DNA of 63,960 bases, filler included, from an uncultured Planctomycetaceae bacterium (GTDB lineage Bacteria > Planctomycetota > Planctomycetia > Planctomycetales > Planctomycetaceae), in the NCBI GenBank assembly GCA_963976765.1. It is 5 parts of 5 records of this genome, joined end to end, with 100 filler letters (N's around TTAATTAATTAA, not from the genome) between each part and the next. Parts side by side here need not be neighbours in the genome. Positions count along the whole stretch, not along the records: positions 34,774 to 49,192 come from CAXBME010000061.1; 4 more parts are not named here. The stretch is one strand, 5' to 3'. This document shows positions 38,901 to 48,886 of the stretch, in pieces (position 1 is the stretch's first letter; every line of letters begins with the position of its first letter). The notes under the pieces are model-generated. The model made no database searches. It was given only the letters and a program-made list of their open reading frames with translations, and was not told the origin of the DNA. Position numbers and translations under genes: made by a program.

Positions 38901-39628
38901 GAGGGATCCTCGGCGATGAGTTCGGGAGAGAGTGTCAGCCATTGAGTGCGGACATAGCGCAGTTGAAAGTCACGGGAATCGAAGCGGTCGATCACGTCCT
39001 GACGGACCTCAAATTCAGCATTCGATTTCTGCACATCACCGGCCGTTACTTCGCATAAGGCTCGCAGCTTCAGGCCGTCTTCAGACGCGTGTTGTTCGTG
39101 CGCCCCTCGCGCAAACCATGGTTCCAGGTTTGAGAGGGCTTCTGCGGCGGTGGTCTGCTTGTGGATGCCGCGGCAGAGAGGCTGAGCAGGCACAAACGAC
39201 TTGCGTCCGAGATAGAGAGGCCACCGGGGGTGTTCCAGTGCGGCAGCCAGATCATTGAGCCAGCTCAGATCGTCGCCTTCGAGAGCGACACGAAAATCGG
39301 CATCCGCGAGGTAGTAACGGTTTGAAACCACCGGCTTCGCTTTGGCGCGATTCGCTTTGGCTACACCGTAATCGCTCCCGTCGGGACTCTTTCCCCCTCC
39401 GGCAGTGTGGTAATCGCGCTGAAGCGTTCCGTCGCGATCAATCCGGACGGACATCCGCAGCGCCATCAAATCGCGAATATCAGCATTTCGTGGTCGGCCC
39501 AGCGCCGCACACAGCAGCCCCACGACACCGCTTTTGGATGGTTCTCGTGCTGTGTCGCGCACCGAGAACCGGCTTTGCGTACCCCATGACTGCATGGGAG
39601 CCGCCAGTCGGAGAACCAGGACATTCAT
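38882..39628 (-). CDS. cas5e: Type I-E Cas5/CasD
   Basis: LRLAAPMQSWG..SRF..RDT..EPSKSGVVGLLCAALGR, DYHTAG, RYYLADA, LYLGRKS. Confidence 0.96.
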   Translation of the reverse strand: MNVLVLRLAAPMQSWGTQSRFSVRDTAREPSKSGVVGLLCAALGRPRNADIRDLMALRMSVRIDRDGTLQRDYHTAGGGKSPDGSDYGVAKANRAKAKPVVSNRYYLADADFRVALEGDDLSWLNDLAAALEHPRWPLYLGRKSFVPAQPLCRGIHKQTTAAEALSNLEPWFARGAHEQHASEDGLKLRALCEVTAGDVQKSNAEFEVRQDVIDRFDSRDFQLRYVRTQWLTLSPELIAEDPSCFCHR

Positions 39629-41175
39629 GACGGACTCCCTTCAGTCTGGATCGCGCTGACAACCTGGTTGACCAGCACGTCAAGCGCCGAACTCTCGCCT
39701 TCCGCCTTGGCTCGATCACCTTTGAGGTGGGTCAGTCCTTCGTCACTCAGGGCGAACACGGACTTTTGGCGGATTCCGGCAACACCGTAGTTGTCGGCCA
39801 TCTGTTGCCAGAAGGTGTCGAGACGAGTGATGGAAGCTGTCACAAGATCGTCACCGCGTTTCGGCCAGACCGGTTTGACGAAAGCATTCGCGAGCGACCA
39901 CAGCCCGGAGTCACGCACCACCGCAAGCACGAACGACGGCTGATTCTGAGCCGCCATGCTGTTCTGTTTTCCGGTGGGAATCGCCTGAATCGAAGCCCGT
40001 AGAAACGCGGCCACCGTCCGTTCGGCCAGTTCCTGATCACCGCCAAGGTTGCTGAGTAGCTGCCCGAGATCGACATTGGCGTAGCGGTAGAAACACGACG
40101 AGTTGAACTCGACCGTGCCCATCATCCCGGCACCGGTTTCTTCCGATTCCTGCAGGTCATCAACTGCGGTGTAGAAGTCGAACTCCATTTCCACTTTGTT
40201 GGTCGAAATGGCATGAGCCACTTGTGATGCGGCGTCTGTGTTCATGGTGCCTTTCTTGACTTCGGCGACCATGCGTCCAAACAACGCTATGTCAACAGCG
40301 GTCGAACCAGCCTCACGAAATCCTTTCACGACCTTTGCGACTGACTTCTTGATCCGATCACTTGCGTCCGCGTCGTCGCCGACATCTTCATCAACTTCAG
40401 CTTCCGGCAACTCCTTGATCGCACTAATTACTGACGCCACCTTCTTGAATGCTTTTCGAGCGGCCTCAGGTACTTTCTCGGTCTCGGCTTCTTCATCCGC
40501 ATCCGTTTCCTCATCAGAACTCAACGACTCATCGAGTTTTCCAATTTGCTGGTCCGAGGCGTTGGCTATTGCATCGATAAGCGGCGCGAGTTGCTCGGGA
40601 GAAAGTGCATTCAGGGACCGCAGTTTCTTGCCGTTGACCTTCTTTCCCGCGACAAAATCAACAATGAGGCGAGAAAGCAATTCGGCATGCGACGCGCTTC
40701 CCGGGTCGTCACTATCGGCGATGAGTCCTTCGATCTTTCGAGCGCAGTCTTCCCACAGTTGATCGACGTCTGCGACCCGAATCAGGTCATCCCAGCTCTC
40801 GACAACGAGTTCGGCTATCCGACTGATTTCATCTCTACCCATAAACAGCAACACGCTGGTCTTTTCGCCTTTCTGTTTGAAGCCAACTCGACGAAAGACA
40901 AACGACGCAACGGCGTCCGCCTCGCGACGCGACTTCTTGAGTCCCTCAAGTGCCTTTACCAGTTCTCGCTGCTGATACTTGCTTCGAAAACCAATGGGGG
41001 CGTTCTCTTCGAGTCGTCGCATTTCGGGATGGAATCGCACCGACCGCTTAATACACTGGCTAGAGATGCGGGCACGCCGGAATCCGCCGAATTCGCAGTC
41101 TTTGGGGGCGTTCGTGTCGTCACGGTTCAGGTTGGACGGAGCGAAATTCTGCAGGATGTGAAGTTCTACAAACAT
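39625..41175 (-). CDS. cas7e: Type I-E Cas7/Cse4/CasC, enlarged (516 aa)
   Basis: LQNFAPSNLNRDD..APKD..FGG..RARISSQCIKR, DIALFGRM, QVAHAIST, FDFYTAVDDL, PTGKQNSMA. Confidence 0.96.
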   Translation of the reverse strand: MFVELHILQNFAPSNLNRDDTNAPKDCEFGGFRRARISSQCIKRSVRFHPEMRRLEENAPIGFRSKYQQRELVKALEGLKKSRREADAVASFVFRRVGFKQKGEKTSVLLFMGRDEISRIAELVVESWDDLIRVADVDQLWEDCARKIEGLIADSDDPGSASHAELLSRLIVDFVAGKKVNGKKLRSLNALSPEQLAPLIDAIANASDQQIGKLDESLSSDEETDADEEAETEKVPEAARKAFKKVASVISAIKELPEAEVDEDVGDDADASDRIKKSVAKVVKGFREAGSTAVDIALFGRMVAEVKKGTMNTDAASQVAHAISTNKVEMEFDFYTAVDDLQESEETGAGMMGTVEFNSSCFYRYANVDLGQLLSNLGGDQELAERTVAAFLRASIQAIPTGKQNSMAAQNQPSFVLAVVRDSGLWSLANAFVKPVWPKRGDDLVTASITRLDTFWQQMADNYGVAGIRQKSVFALSDEGLTHLKGDRAKAEGESSALDVLVNQVVSAIQTEGSPS

Positions 41176-41238
41176 GAAGTCGTTCCTATGTGAAAGAGTG
41201 AAACAGGAAGCTCAGCAGTAGTTGTCGAGACGGTTGGT

Positions 41239-41820
41239 TCAGGCGGTCTCATCCGCAGACGACAGCCCGTCGTCAGGGGACGGTTCTTCGTCCTCAGTCA
41301 CGGCATCGAACTTCCAGAAACCACGAGCCCAGTTGCGCTGCACGCTGCGGCTTTCCCAGCCCCAGCCGCGCAGGTCGCTGAGGAGCTGCAGCCAGTTGAC
41401 GGGAATGGCCGGTGTCTTTGATCGCAGGAGTCCAACCGCATGTCGCAGCCGGACTGGCAGGTCGTCTTCATGTGAATTCAGCAAGGCGACGAAGCGTTTC
41501 TCGATGCTGTCTGAGTCGTCCCGCAGACGGCCCAACGACGCTCCGAGATTCCAGGGAGCCTCGCGATATGTCCCCTCTTTTCCCTGGTGCCAGAAGGCGA
41601 ACAGCGCTGCGACGACATAGAAGGGGTTTTCGTCCCGGGTGTTTGAAAAACCGCTGACCCATGGCAGCACGTACGGGTGCATATCGGCGACTGTGCCCGG
41701 TGGCTTACCGAGCCCTCGCCGGAGCGCCGCCATTGTTCCGGTGTTCTTGCGTAACTCATCCAGCCGGTTGATGAATTTCTGTTCGAATTCCGTCCCAGCC
41801 CTTGTCGTTTTGGTCGTCAT
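41239..41820 (-). CDS. casB: Type I-E Cas11/Cse2/CasB
   Basis: AALRRGLG, NLGASL, EKRFVALL, LRHAVGLL, VNWLQLLSDL..W, WARGFW. Confidence 0.93.
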   Translation of the reverse strand: MTTKTTRAGTEFEQKFINRLDELRKNTGTMAALRRGLGKPPGTVADMHPYVLPWVSGFSNTRDENPFYVVAALFAFWHQGKEGTYREAPWNLGASLGRLRDDSDSIEKRFVALLNSHEDDLPVRLRHAVGLLRSKTPAIPVNWLQLLSDLRGWGWESRSVQRNWARGFWKFDAVTEDEEPSPDDGLSSADETA

Positions 41821-41871
41821 GTGCAAGTTCCTAATGAAGAAGTGGTGAGGTGGCTGATGCACGGGCAGGCA

Positions 41872-43533
41872 TCAGTCTGCGGTCACTGTGGCTGTGTCCT
41901 TCGACTGACAGAGCGCAGCAGGAAGTCGCATCCGGAATCGACGCTCGGCATAGACGGCGGCTTTCAGTGAACGTGCCGAATTGCCTTCACTACTGATGGC
42001 CTGTCCGAAGACGGTAGTTGCAACGGTCTTCACGCAGGTGTTCCAGTCGGCCAGTGCTGCGTCGTCGAGTTCCTGGTCTTCGGGAGGTGTCCTGGCTCCG
42101 AGGTCTGCCAGAAACCCGTGGAACGGAGGCTCAAGGCTGGCCCAGTAGCGTCGTTCCACACCGAGGGAAGCGACCACGTTCTGGATGTCTTTCTTCTGTT
42201 CCTTGCCCGGTTGCTTCGACTCATCCTGAAGCATCAACACGCGGGCGAATTCCGACGTTGCCTGCCACAGCACTCTGCGAACATTTTCCGTGCGGGCCAG
42301 CGCTTCCTGCAGAGTCAAAAGCAGGCTTGGGCTACTGATAAGTCGCAGCGACAACGGAAGATGCTCGTGTCGCCAGAGCAGGACCTTGGCCTGGTCCGAC
42401 GAAAGCCCAAACAGGTCCATTGGGAAGACGCGGTCGAGTGGTATCCGGTCTTCCGATCGCAGGTCATCAATCCAGCCGATGGTCTTTGGCCGCGACTGTT
42501 GGCCGCTGACGTTTTGAAACAGAGCCAAACTGCTACGCCACAAGGAGCGGTCTTCGGTGAATCCCACAGCCGGGAATGGGTCCTGCTTTGCCGTAGCGGC
42601 TTTGTTGTGGGTGAATGCGACCATGGTTTCGTGGCTGTGGCGATGAAAGCCGTCCAGAAACTGTTCGCCCTTCATGACGACGGCAGTTGCGACGGTGATG
42701 GTGCCGTCTTCATCTACATCCGGCTTCAGCCGAATGCGGCGACTCTGCCATGTCAGCAGATCGAGGTAGCCGTTGAGTTTCCGGTCTCTCGGTTTTGTGT
42801 GCTCTCGACGTTCCCATGCTGGCAAATCCGCTTTCGGCTTGAAGCGAAAGGGCTGTCCCGCTTTTCCATCGTACGCGTGCAGATTCAGCAACAGTGTTTG
42901 GAACAGGTTGTCGCCGCGAATAATGGCCACAGCGCCTTTGACGAGCGGACTGGCATCTGCAGATTTATCTTTCTTCTGCTCGTAGGTAACGGTCCCGCCC
43001 ATGGAGAACCCTTGGCATGCGACTACAAGCCGGGCGGCGGTGGCAGCGGTAATCGGCATAGGCCGAATGTCGATCGAATAGTCAAACAACGTGTCGTTGT
43101 TTCCAGCCGCCAACTCGGCAGCCAGTTTGGCGACGGACTTCGCATAGATCGTGTCTTTTTCGACTTCTGCCGTAGCAAATGGTAACTGCGAGCACTGGTA
43201 GAATGGCCACTCGGGATCGAACAGGTCGAAGCGACGATGACGATGCTCGTCGTGCAGGTAAGCGTGAACCTGCTCAGCGTCGAATCGACCGGTGCCTTCG
43301 CACCAGAGTTTCGACCACGCAGCCATATTTTCCGGCCCCTGCAGAAGGTGATGAAGGACAGCGAGCAGCAGGCGGTGCAAGGTCACCGTCACCAATGGTG
43401 AGTCGTCATAAATCTCCCACATTTCGTGGGCTCGCACCAATGTGCTCTCAAGCCCCAGAAGCTGTCTCTCTCCTGTGGACGTAACACACGGTATCCACGG
43501 CTCATCAATCAGATTGAAGGTCGGCTGTGTCAT
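41872..43533 (-). CDS. casA: Type I-E Cas8e/Cse1/CasA
   Basis: FNLIDEPWIP, HRLLLAVL, RFDLFDPEWPFYQ, GNNDTLF, GDNLFQTLLLN, LTWQSRRIRL. Confidence 0.95.
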   Translation of the reverse strand: MTQPTFNLIDEPWIPCVTSTGERQLLGLESTLVRAHEMWEIYDDSPLVTVTLHRLLLAVLHHLLQGPENMAAWSKLWCEGTGRFDAEQVHAYLHDEHRHRRFDLFDPEWPFYQCSQLPFATAEVEKDTIYAKSVAKLAAELAAGNNDTLFDYSIDIRPMPITAATAARLVVACQGFSMGGTVTYEQKKDKSADASPLVKGAVAIIRGDNLFQTLLLNLHAYDGKAGQPFRFKPKADLPAWERREHTKPRDRKLNGYLDLLTWQSRRIRLKPDVDEDGTITVATAVVMKGEQFLDGFHRHSHETMVAFTHNKAATAKQDPFPAVGFTEDRSLWRSSLALFQNVSGQQSRPKTIGWIDDLRSEDRIPLDRVFPMDLFGLSSDQAKVLLWRHEHLPLSLRLISSPSLLLTLQEALARTENVRRVLWQATSEFARVLMLQDESKQPGKEQKKDIQNVVASLGVERRYWASLEPPFHGFLADLGARTPPEDQELDDAALADWNTCVKTVATTVFGQAISSEGNSARSLKAAVYAERRFRMRLPAALCQSKDTATVTAD

Positions 43534-46421
43534 CAAAGTTCCTCGTCTAACTGTTCCGGGAAGACGATCCCGAGTTCAGGGTGAAGGATCAGTGTCTGGC
43601 CACCGACAACGGCCTCGCGTGAATCGCCGTCGAATTCCACAACGTGCAGCGAACGCAGCAATGCCACCTTCTGCCATGCTGTTGGGACCTGCGGTGATTC
43701 ACGCAACGCAGTTGTGACCGCCCATTTCGAGATCGAGACCGACTGGCGGATGAACTGCTCAATCGCTGCGTGATCCGGTGGCGTGTCGGTGTCGACAAGT
43801 GGGCCGTCAGGTTGCAGTCGCAATCCTTCCGGCGATGTGAACAGGCAGACGATCGAGACAGACGGACGCGTCTGTCGGCGAGTCAATGCCTGAAATGCCT
43901 TGTTGATGTCTGGCGAATCTTCATCCATCAGCCATGCCGGATCGACAATGTTACTGACTGAGCCTTCGTGAAGGTCTTGAGGCGGACTGATGAGTTTCTG
44001 CCGGGCAGCGTTCGCACTTGTGTCTGTTTCGCTTTCGCTGGCTGCACGCGTTTTCTCCCACATGCGGCGTATCGCCAGCGGTAAATCGTCAGGGCAGTCA
44101 TCGTCCGAGTAGACGGACTCGATCAGCGGTTCGATCTGGTCCGGCATCGTGATTGAGTCGCCAATCAGGACTCCGTCTGTATGGCTGGCCGTGGAAACTG
44201 GCATCCTGCGGCTGAAAATCAGCCACGACTTCAGCAACACATGCGGGTCGTAGACAAAACGGCTGGCTCTGAAGTCCGGCGTCTCGTCTTCGTTGGGGAG
44301 TGGCTGCAGCAGCCAGAGCGTCGGTTGCTCGAAGCCAGCGGGGCGCTCGCGGGCGGTGTCGCCAACTTTTGCATGACGATGCAATCGACCGGCACGCTGC
44401 AGGATCAGGTCGACCGGGGCGACCTGCGTGAGCATCAGGTCGAAGTCAAGATCCAGGCTTTGCTCAATCACCTGTGTGGCGACCAGCACTCGCCGTGGCC
44501 GTAACGTCGGTGTGTTGGTAGGACCGAACTGCTGAAGCGTGCGAGCTTCGCGGGCTTCGCGGGCTTCGCGATCGCCAAAGGGAAATCTGGCATGGAACAG
44601 ATCGAGTTCTTCGTCGCGAAACCAGTTCCGCAAGGCTCGATACGTGTTCTGTGCGTGGGCAACCGTGTTGCAGATCACGGCCGCGCAGCCCCCGTCCGAC
44701 AGAGCGTCACTCAGAGCCGATCCCCACTGCGACACGTCGTCCGGGTGTCGGACAAGACGCAGCGTCACACGGCTGGCTGCCGCAAATGATCTTGCCTGGA
44801 TCGTGTCATCAATCACCCACGACAAACGCGGGTAGCTTGCTTGTGAAGAGCCGGCCCAATCGACATCGTCCGGGTCGAGATCTGCGTACTCGGCCAGCAA
44901 ATGGCGTCGCGTGGATTGTGGCAGCGTCGCGGAGAGCAGAACGACTGACGCCCCCAGCTTCCGCAGCCAGCGAAGAAGCAGAACCAGCAGTTCGTTCATG
45001 TAGGCGTCGTAGGCGTGAACCTCATCAATGATGATGGTCTTGTGAGCCAGACCAAACAGTCGCACGAAAACATGCTTCGTCCGCAGGACCGCCATCAACG
45101 CCTGATCGATGGTGCCCACTCCGAAGGGTGCCAGCAGTCCTCGCTTTCGATACGTGAACCATTCGGATGCCACTACGCCCGCATTCGAGCGGGTGTCCTG
45201 TGACAGGGTCGACACGTCGTCATCCGCCAGCGAGGTTGGCTGTAATGGACTGGCCGCATCCAGTAGTTCACGGAGCGCTTCGGAAAGTGACGCTCGTCCG
45301 TGCAACAAAAGCAGGTTGACCTGCTGTGATCGGCCACCGTAGCGATGTTCGAGAAACTCTCGGACGCGACCGAACATCTGATTGCTTGTTGCCATCGTGG
45401 GTAGAGCGAAGTAACAGCCTCGCTGCTGGCAGGTCGCTGCCCAGTGGTCGGCGAGCGCCATGGCCGCTTCCGTCTTGCCTTCCCCCATCGGCGCTTCAAC
45501 CAGCACCAGCGAGGGTTTGGAGAGACCCGGCTTCAATTCCTCAACCAGTGACTGAAGCGGACGCGCTCCGTATCGGCGAATCACGGGGAAAAGCTCTTCC
45601 AGCGGCAGTCCCGACGGAGGCGCGTTCCACCCGGTCCAGCCGAGTTGTTCAACCGCGATCGCAGCCCGCTGTCGGGACCGCGGCAGATAGTCGCTCAATT
45701 CTGTCTCGATTCCCGCAGGCGGAAAGAACTCCGACATCGAGGCAATCCAGTCGGCAACCGTCGTCAACCCGGCAAGTGCCATCAGCCAAGCCGACGAAAC
45801 TGATTCATGCGGCCAGTCATCGCGTCTCGCCACTCCGACATTTTCTGCGAGCCGTTGAATTGCCTGACGCCGAGCCTCGGTCCAGATGCCGGTCCCGATC
45901 TGCCGGGAATTCGCACGCAGCAGTTGCCCGAGACTGGTGTGCTGCTGTGTCGTCAGGAATCGCCCGTGATGCCCGCCACTGGCTTGTGCAATCGAACGCG
46001 CTAACGAAGGTGGCACTCCGAAGGCCGCAGTCAGGATCCCTGGTAGCGTGACCGCAGTGACCTGCCCATGCGGAATTGACTGCGACCGAACGGGGAAATC
46101 GCAGTTGAACCCGGCACTCTTCAGCGTTGGAATGAGGTGTCGATTTTGAGACGCCGCTTTTACCTGAAATTCGGGTGACATCTTGCCGAGATCATGAGCC
46201 GCTACCCACACCGGGATCCAGCGGGCCGTATCTTCCGGCAACATGCCAACTTCATCAGCAAGCCATTGCCGAAATCCTTGGCCGAGCGACTGATTCCAGA
46301 GTTCAGTCGCAACGTGCTGCACGTCGAACAGGTGGTGAAGAACAGGGTGAGCCTGCGTCGGGTAGGCGTCAGTGTCCTGGCCCAGCTTTGCCCAGAGCAG
46401 ATGTAACTCTCGATCAGTCAC
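43533..46421 (-). CDS. cas3: Cas3 HD nuclease / SF2 helicase
   Basis: LWAK, HLFDV, HDLGK, GHHG, ADWIAS; APMGEGKTEAA, DEVHAYD, LSATLP, ATQVIEQSLDLDFD, QRAGRLHRH. Confidence 0.97.
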   Translation of the reverse strand: MTDRELHLLWAKLGQDTDAYPTQAHPVLHHLFDVQHVATELWNQSLGQGFRQWLADEVGMLPEDTARWIPVWVAAHDLGKMSPEFQVKAASQNRHLIPTLKSAGFNCDFPVRSQSIPHGQVTAVTLPGILTAAFGVPPSLARSIAQASGGHHGRFLTTQQHTSLGQLLRANSRQIGTGIWTEARRQAIQRLAENVGVARRDDWPHESVSSAWLMALAGLTTVADWIASMSEFFPPAGIETELSDYLPRSRQRAAIAVEQLGWTGWNAPPSGLPLEELFPVIRRYGARPLQSLVEELKPGLSKPSLVLVEAPMGEGKTEAAMALADHWAATCQQRGCYFALPTMATSNQMFGRVREFLEHRYGGRSQQVNLLLLHGRASLSEALRELLDAASPLQPTSLADDDVSTLSQDTRSNAGVVASEWFTYRKRGLLAPFGVGTIDQALMAVLRTKHVFVRLFGLAHKTIIIDEVHAYDAYMNELLVLLLRWLRKLGASVVLLSATLPQSTRRHLLAEYADLDPDDVDWAGSSQASYPRLSWVIDDTIQARSFAAASRVTLRLVRHPDDVSQWGSALSDALSDGGCAAVICNTVAHAQNTYRALRNWFRDEELDLFHARFPFGDREAREAREARTLQQFGPTNTPTLRPRRVLVATQVIEQSLDLDFDLMLTQVAPVDLILQRAGRLHRHAKVGDTARERPAGFEQPTLWLLQPLPNEDETPDFRASRFVYDPHVLLKSWLIFSRRMPVSTASHTDGVLIGDSITMPDQIEPLIESVYSDDDCPDDLPLAIRRMWEKTRAASESETDTSANAARQKLISPPQDLHEGSVSNIVDPAWLMDEDSPDINKAFQALTRRQTRPSVSIVCLFTSPEGLRLQPDGPLVDTDTPPDHAAIEQFIRQSVSISKWAVTTALRESPQVPTAWQKVALLRSLHVVEFDGDSREAVVGGQTLILHPELGIVFPEQLDEEL

Positions 46422-47461
46422 GGGCCGTCTCCCCGAGCATCTCCAGATCGAGTCCGGCTCGTTAAGTCAGGAATCGGTAACGTGTACGCATCAATCGACT
46501 TTTTGAAATCCTCGCGGACAGTTTCCCGCAACGATTCAGGAGCCAGGACGACGGCACGTGAGCCGAAACTGAGAATCCAGGTCGTGACCTCCGTCAGGTC
46601 ACTCAATTTCAGGCTGACAACAAGACTTCCATCAGGTTGTTCATCGATTGTCTGCGAATGGTGCCAGCGGTGTTCGGTCACGTATCGGGCGACTTCCGAT
46701 GAGAAACTGATGCGGACTTCGGTCAGTGGGGCGTTGGTCTGGTAAACGCCCAGTGAGTTTTCCAGATGCTTTTCGAGGTCGAAGTCCTGCGGTCGCGTGA
46801 ATGACCCGGCCAGACGTTCAACGTCCCGGATGCGATCCACTTTGAAGTGGCGTGGCTCAGGACGACTGACCGCCGACGCGACGAGATAGAGCGTGGCGCG
46901 ATGCCAGATCAGGCCCAGCGGCTGCAGGATGTACTCTTCCGCTGACTCGCTGCGCAATGGGTGATAGAGCAGCCTGATCAGACGCGACTCATTGACGCCT
47001 GCCATCAGAGTGTCGATGACGTCTGCCCGATCGGAATAATCGCTCCGCCCCAGCTTCGTTTCATGGACGGCTGACGCGAGTGATTCCAGATATTTCAGAG
47101 AATCCGGAGTGAACTGCTGCCGGAGTTTGGCAAGCGCCGACTGGGTTGACTCCCACAACGCCGAACCGGCCAACGGTTCAAGAAAACGGCGCGAGAGATA
47201 CAGAGCCGCAATCTCCCCAATGTCGAGCTTCAGCTCCGGCAATCCGGTTGAACCCTCGATCCGCCAGTACTTGTGCCCCAGGTCATTCCTGGTTGTTACC
47301 AGTCGAAGTCCTGCCTCTTCCAGAGTTTGAATGTCTCGGCGTATCGACCGTTCAGAAACCTCGTACTCGACCGCCAGGTCGCGCACACAGCAACCATGCC
47401 GGGATGCAGCCAGCTGACGAATCAGTTTCAACTGGCGAACTAACGTCGGGCGATCTGCCAT
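46418..47461 (-). CDS. WYL-domain transcriptional regulator (wHTH-WYL-WCX)
   Basis: LAVEYEVSERSIRRDIQTL; LYLVA...RHFKVDRI; WHHSQ; WILSFG..AVVLAPESLR; GTGA overlap with cas3. Confidence 0.93.
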   Translation of the reverse strand: MADRPTLVRQLKLIRQLAASRHGCCVRDLAVEYEVSERSIRRDIQTLEEAGLRLVTTRNDLGHKYWRIEGSTGLPELKLDIGEIAALYLSRRFLEPLAGSALWESTQSALAKLRQQFTPDSLKYLESLASAVHETKLGRSDYSDRADVIDTLMAGVNESRLIRLLYHPLRSESAEEYILQPLGLIWHRATLYLVASAVSRPEPRHFKVDRIRDVERLAGSFTRPQDFDLEKHLENSLGVYQTNAPLTEVRISFSSEVARYVTEHRWHHSQTIDEQPDGSLVVSLKLSDLTEVTTWILSFGSRAVVLAPESLRETVREDFKKSIDAYTLPIPDLTSRTRSGDARGDGP

Positions 47462-47908
47462 ATTGCTCGCTCTGGTTAAATCAGCCTTTGGTGAACATTT
47501 TGTATCCGGAAAGCAAGTTACAGTTAGCGACTGACAAATTCAGGTAAGTTTGGGAGCAAATTGATAATTTCTGCCGATTCACAGATTTGTACAAGCTTGC
47601 ACTATCGGTTGTCTGGGCAATCGGAAATATAAATCACGCACCGATCGGTAAAAGGCAGGCTGGTTGTAGAAATCAGATTTCCGTCTTGTGGCCATTCAGG
47701 CTCCAGTTGACCTATTTGCCTGTTGTACCGAGTCGTCAAAATGCGGCAGCGAACGAGGTTGTTGATTGTCACCAGTAGTGTGGAACGTTCCGATAGGAGA
47801 AAAACAATGCGCCCGCTTCGTGATGCGGTGATTCCGGCGGTCTCGGACCGGTGTACTCCAGCGGCGTTTCTTTCCAATGTTCCGCGAAACTCGCGTGAAT
47901 CGATCAGA

Positions 47909-48586
47909 ATGCTCGACGGACTGGGGCCAGAATCTGGCAACCTGGCATTATCAGAATCATGGAGACGAATGCTCGGTGGCCGAAATCGGTACAACCACCA
48001 ACGGCAGCAGGCAGCTAAAGCCAGACGCGACGCAATTCTGATCTGGCTGAGGGAGCGCCGCCGCTGCTTTTATTGTGAGATACTCGGCGCCTATGCACCA
48101 TCAGAACAGATCATCGTGCGTCACGGCGACGGCGCGATGTTGGCGAAGGCTCTTGGAGTCGGCAGGGCGACGGTCTGCCGAGACCTGTCAGCACTTCAGG
48201 CAACTCACCCGTCCGTCTTCGGGCAGCAGAATTGCGGCATCGATTACGATTCGTACATGGCAGGCTGGAAATACTCACACCGGAACGAGTTCGGAAACGA
48301 GCAACCTCACCAGAATCTGAGATACCCAAACAATCAACACGGTCCCACTGCCAGAATGCACCATGCGATCTCACTGGCAATCGGACGGGACGTTATGAAT
48401 CGGAGCAGGACTGCTGCCGGAAGCCCTGTTGCGAGCGACACTTCGAGGTCGACATCCGGGCCTATTCACGAACAAACGAAGGTGTCTGATTTCCTGCTCC
48501 TGCTGAAAATGAACTGCCCCGTCGACGAGGCCTTGTTTATGCCGGCCCGCCGACGATCCCAATCACGCCGCAACGCCACTGCCTGA
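47909..48586 (+). CDS. Hypothetical HTH-containing protein (start uncertain; ORF open from 47723)
   Basis: LAKALGVGRATVCRDLSAL resembles an HTH; lies next to the att-like site. Confidence 0.45.
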   Translation: MLDGLGPESGNLALSESWRRMLGGRNRYNHQRQQAAKARRDAILIWLRERRRCFYCEILGAYAPSEQIIVRHGDGAMLAKALGVGRATVCRDLSALQATHPSVFGQQNCGIDYDSYMAGWKYSHRNEFGNEQPHQNLRYPNNQHGPTARMHHAISLAIGRDVMNRSRTAAGSPVASDTSRSTSGPIHEQTKVSDFLLLLKMNCPVDEALFMPARRRSQSRRNATA

Positions 48587-48826
48587 TGCCGCAATACTGT
48601 CCACAGACGAATTGGCCCCAGCATCCGGTGTCGCTCGTTGGACGAGCAACGATGGTTTTTGTGGCGAAGGTTGTAATGGTGATGATCATTCCTGCTGACT
48701 GAGTGTTTGCAGTCGAGCAAGCACCCATTCCCGACCGGCAGCATCAAGCTTCGAAAGCGCCGATAGAACCACCTGTAGAACCACATCGGGTGGAATCTGC
48801 AGATTCCCCAAGGATTCAAGCAGTCT

Positions 48827-48846
48827 TTCGAGTCCCGCCTCGGCTA
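48827..48846 (+). mobile_element. att-like core: isolated tRNA 3' end (T-loop, T-stem, acceptor strand; tRNA-Leu-like)
   Basis: TTCGAGT-CCCGC-CTCGGCT-A with no 5' tRNA half upstream; flanked by TAGAACCAC direct repeats. Confidence 0.7.
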
Positions 48847-48855
48847 ACTTATTAG

Positions 48856-48886
48856 GGTTCTGAAGGGCTCTGGGGCCATCAGAACC
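48856..48886. terminator. Hairpin downstream of the att-like core
   Basis: GGTTCTGA...TCAGAACC inverted repeat; no clear U-tract. Confidence 0.35.

Noticed and set aside
38882..43536. HNH-fused Cas5 or Cas8 variant
   Set aside because: Both proteins have ordinary lengths, no HNH motif is visible, and an intact-looking Cas3 is present.
48770..48850. Full tRNA gene
   Set aside because: Only the 3' 20 nt are tRNA-like; upstream sequence cannot form the T-stem 5' strand, D arm or anticodon arm.
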